Shown here one piece after another: positions 62,726-64,000 of a DNA stretch of 64,000 nt. How positions within the stretch are numbered: the stretch's first letter is position 1; every line of letters begins with the position of its first letter. The notes below the pieces were generated by a model, which saw only the letters and a list, made by a program, of their open reading frames with translations, had not been told where the DNA came from and did no database searches. This stretch comes from Okamejei kenojei (Eukaryota), in the NCBI GenBank assembly GCA_035221665.1, contig CM069148.1:45136001-45200000 (forward strand). The letters are read 5' to 3'. The position numbers and the translations under genes were made by a program.

Positions 62726-64000
62726 TTTTATATATATAAAATATATATAATATAAGGGCCGAATGCTCCTATTGTCTATTGTCAAAGACATCCAGAAATC
62801 ACTCATGCTTCTGGGTGCTCTGGCTTTATCCAAACAGACCACTGGTTGATGGGGTTGAGACAAGCTAAGAAGTCTAGACCTCGTGTTTAGCGTTATTTGT
62901 TTACTTTTGTACTATTCGTCTAACATTATTAATAAAGCAAAATATTCTTGAATATGTAGTCATCTCAAACTTCACAGAAATATGTTTGCAGATCTCTCAA
63001 GTCTTGCACTCTCTTTAAAACTGTATAGACTTGTTTATGTTATCTCTCCCCATTCATCCTGCTGGAAGGCATCACTTCACACTTTACCATGTCAAATTTT
63101 ACCTGTCACCATTAGCCAAATTCTTTCCGTCCAAATATTGCTAACCTCCTTGTTTACTAGACTTTTGAGTTTCCTGAAATCTAGTCTAGTCTTTAAAAAT
63201 ATGCCAAATACACTCGTACAATTGTTTAAAACTGTTTATATATTGAAATATGTTCAGACCCTATGCCTGTTTCTGGTAACAATATGGAAAAACAACCCTT
63301 CACCCCCATGCTGTGCTTTCTTTTGCAAAGCAAGTTTTATACCCTGATTATTCTGATCCATTTACACAATGTTTCACTGCCATAAGATGAAAAAACATTG
63401 TTTAAAAATGAAAATTTCAGCAAACCTGTCTTTGCACAAAGCAAGTGTAGTCTTTATATTTTCACGCGAATATCCTCTATCCTCCTACGAGGTGTACAAG
63501 ATTTTTTAATTATTGTATACCTCCCTCTTGCAAGAGCTTACCATAGACTCGAAAGTGTTTGAGTGCCATAGAACATAGCGCTGATTCTTTAATCATATAA
63601 TATTCGTCTAACATTATGTGATAGTTTTATAACTGCATACAAACTGCACCGCTCTTTTCAACTTCTTCATTACACAAAAAAACAACTTGTTCAAATTAGT
63701 GACTAACAATTTGTTTTTAATTATTTTTAAATTGCAAAATGCCAATTAATTTTGTTCTTGACTATGCTGGTTGCACATTTCTGCACCATTTATATTAGAT
63801 TTATAGCTACATGGTTTATCTTTCTCCACAAATCAGACACAAATATATCACTGTGATTGCAAAAATGGAATGACATGGGAATTACCCAATCGCTACCACT
63901 GGCTATAGTGTTGTCACTATATCCAGCCTTATTTAAAACAGAGTAGTGTTACATTTGCAACCCGGTCTCCTGGCACTACCCCATATCCAAGGCAAGACTG

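Noticed and set aside
53690-64000. Upstream exons (N-terminal, transmembrane) of the GH31 gene
   Set aside because: I searched by eye and found none convincing. They probably lie beyond the window end.

Overview
This is vertebrate genomic DNA, not prokaryotic. It is most likely from a cartilaginous fish (skate or ray), judged from the repeat families and the resemblance of one gene to the Torpedo SITS-binding protein. Two spliced genes face each other tail to tail. (1) Plus strand: the last six coding exons of a carnitine palmitoyltransferase 1 gene, CPT1A-type (8073-14822, AATAAA at 15408). One intron is GC-AG, and one exon is 4 codons shorter than in human. (2) Minus strand: six 3' exons (53689-35248) of a glycoside hydrolase family 31, MYORG-related gene of the SITS-binding protein type. 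Both GH31 catalytic aspartates appear to be replaced, so it is a probable pseudoenzyme. Bases 1-5012 are an indel-rich copy of 13484-18399 that ends at a 500-N gap, most likely a false duplication from assembly. The rest is introns and intergenic DNA rich in repeats: CR1-type and Rex1-type LINEs, tRNA-derived SINEs, a decayed Tc1 transposon, a CpG-rich DNA transposon with a 7-bp target-site duplication (TSD), and many Penelope-derived pieces. Some Penelope pieces are short palindromic elements flanked by TSDs, and many carry a minimal hammerhead ribozyme core. Two candidates are speculative: a 76-nt pre-miRNA-like hairpin, and a possible nested two-exon transcript with a small ORF. Most ORFs in the supplied track are spurious or come from transposons. 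Comparisons to known proteins are from memory, not database searches.
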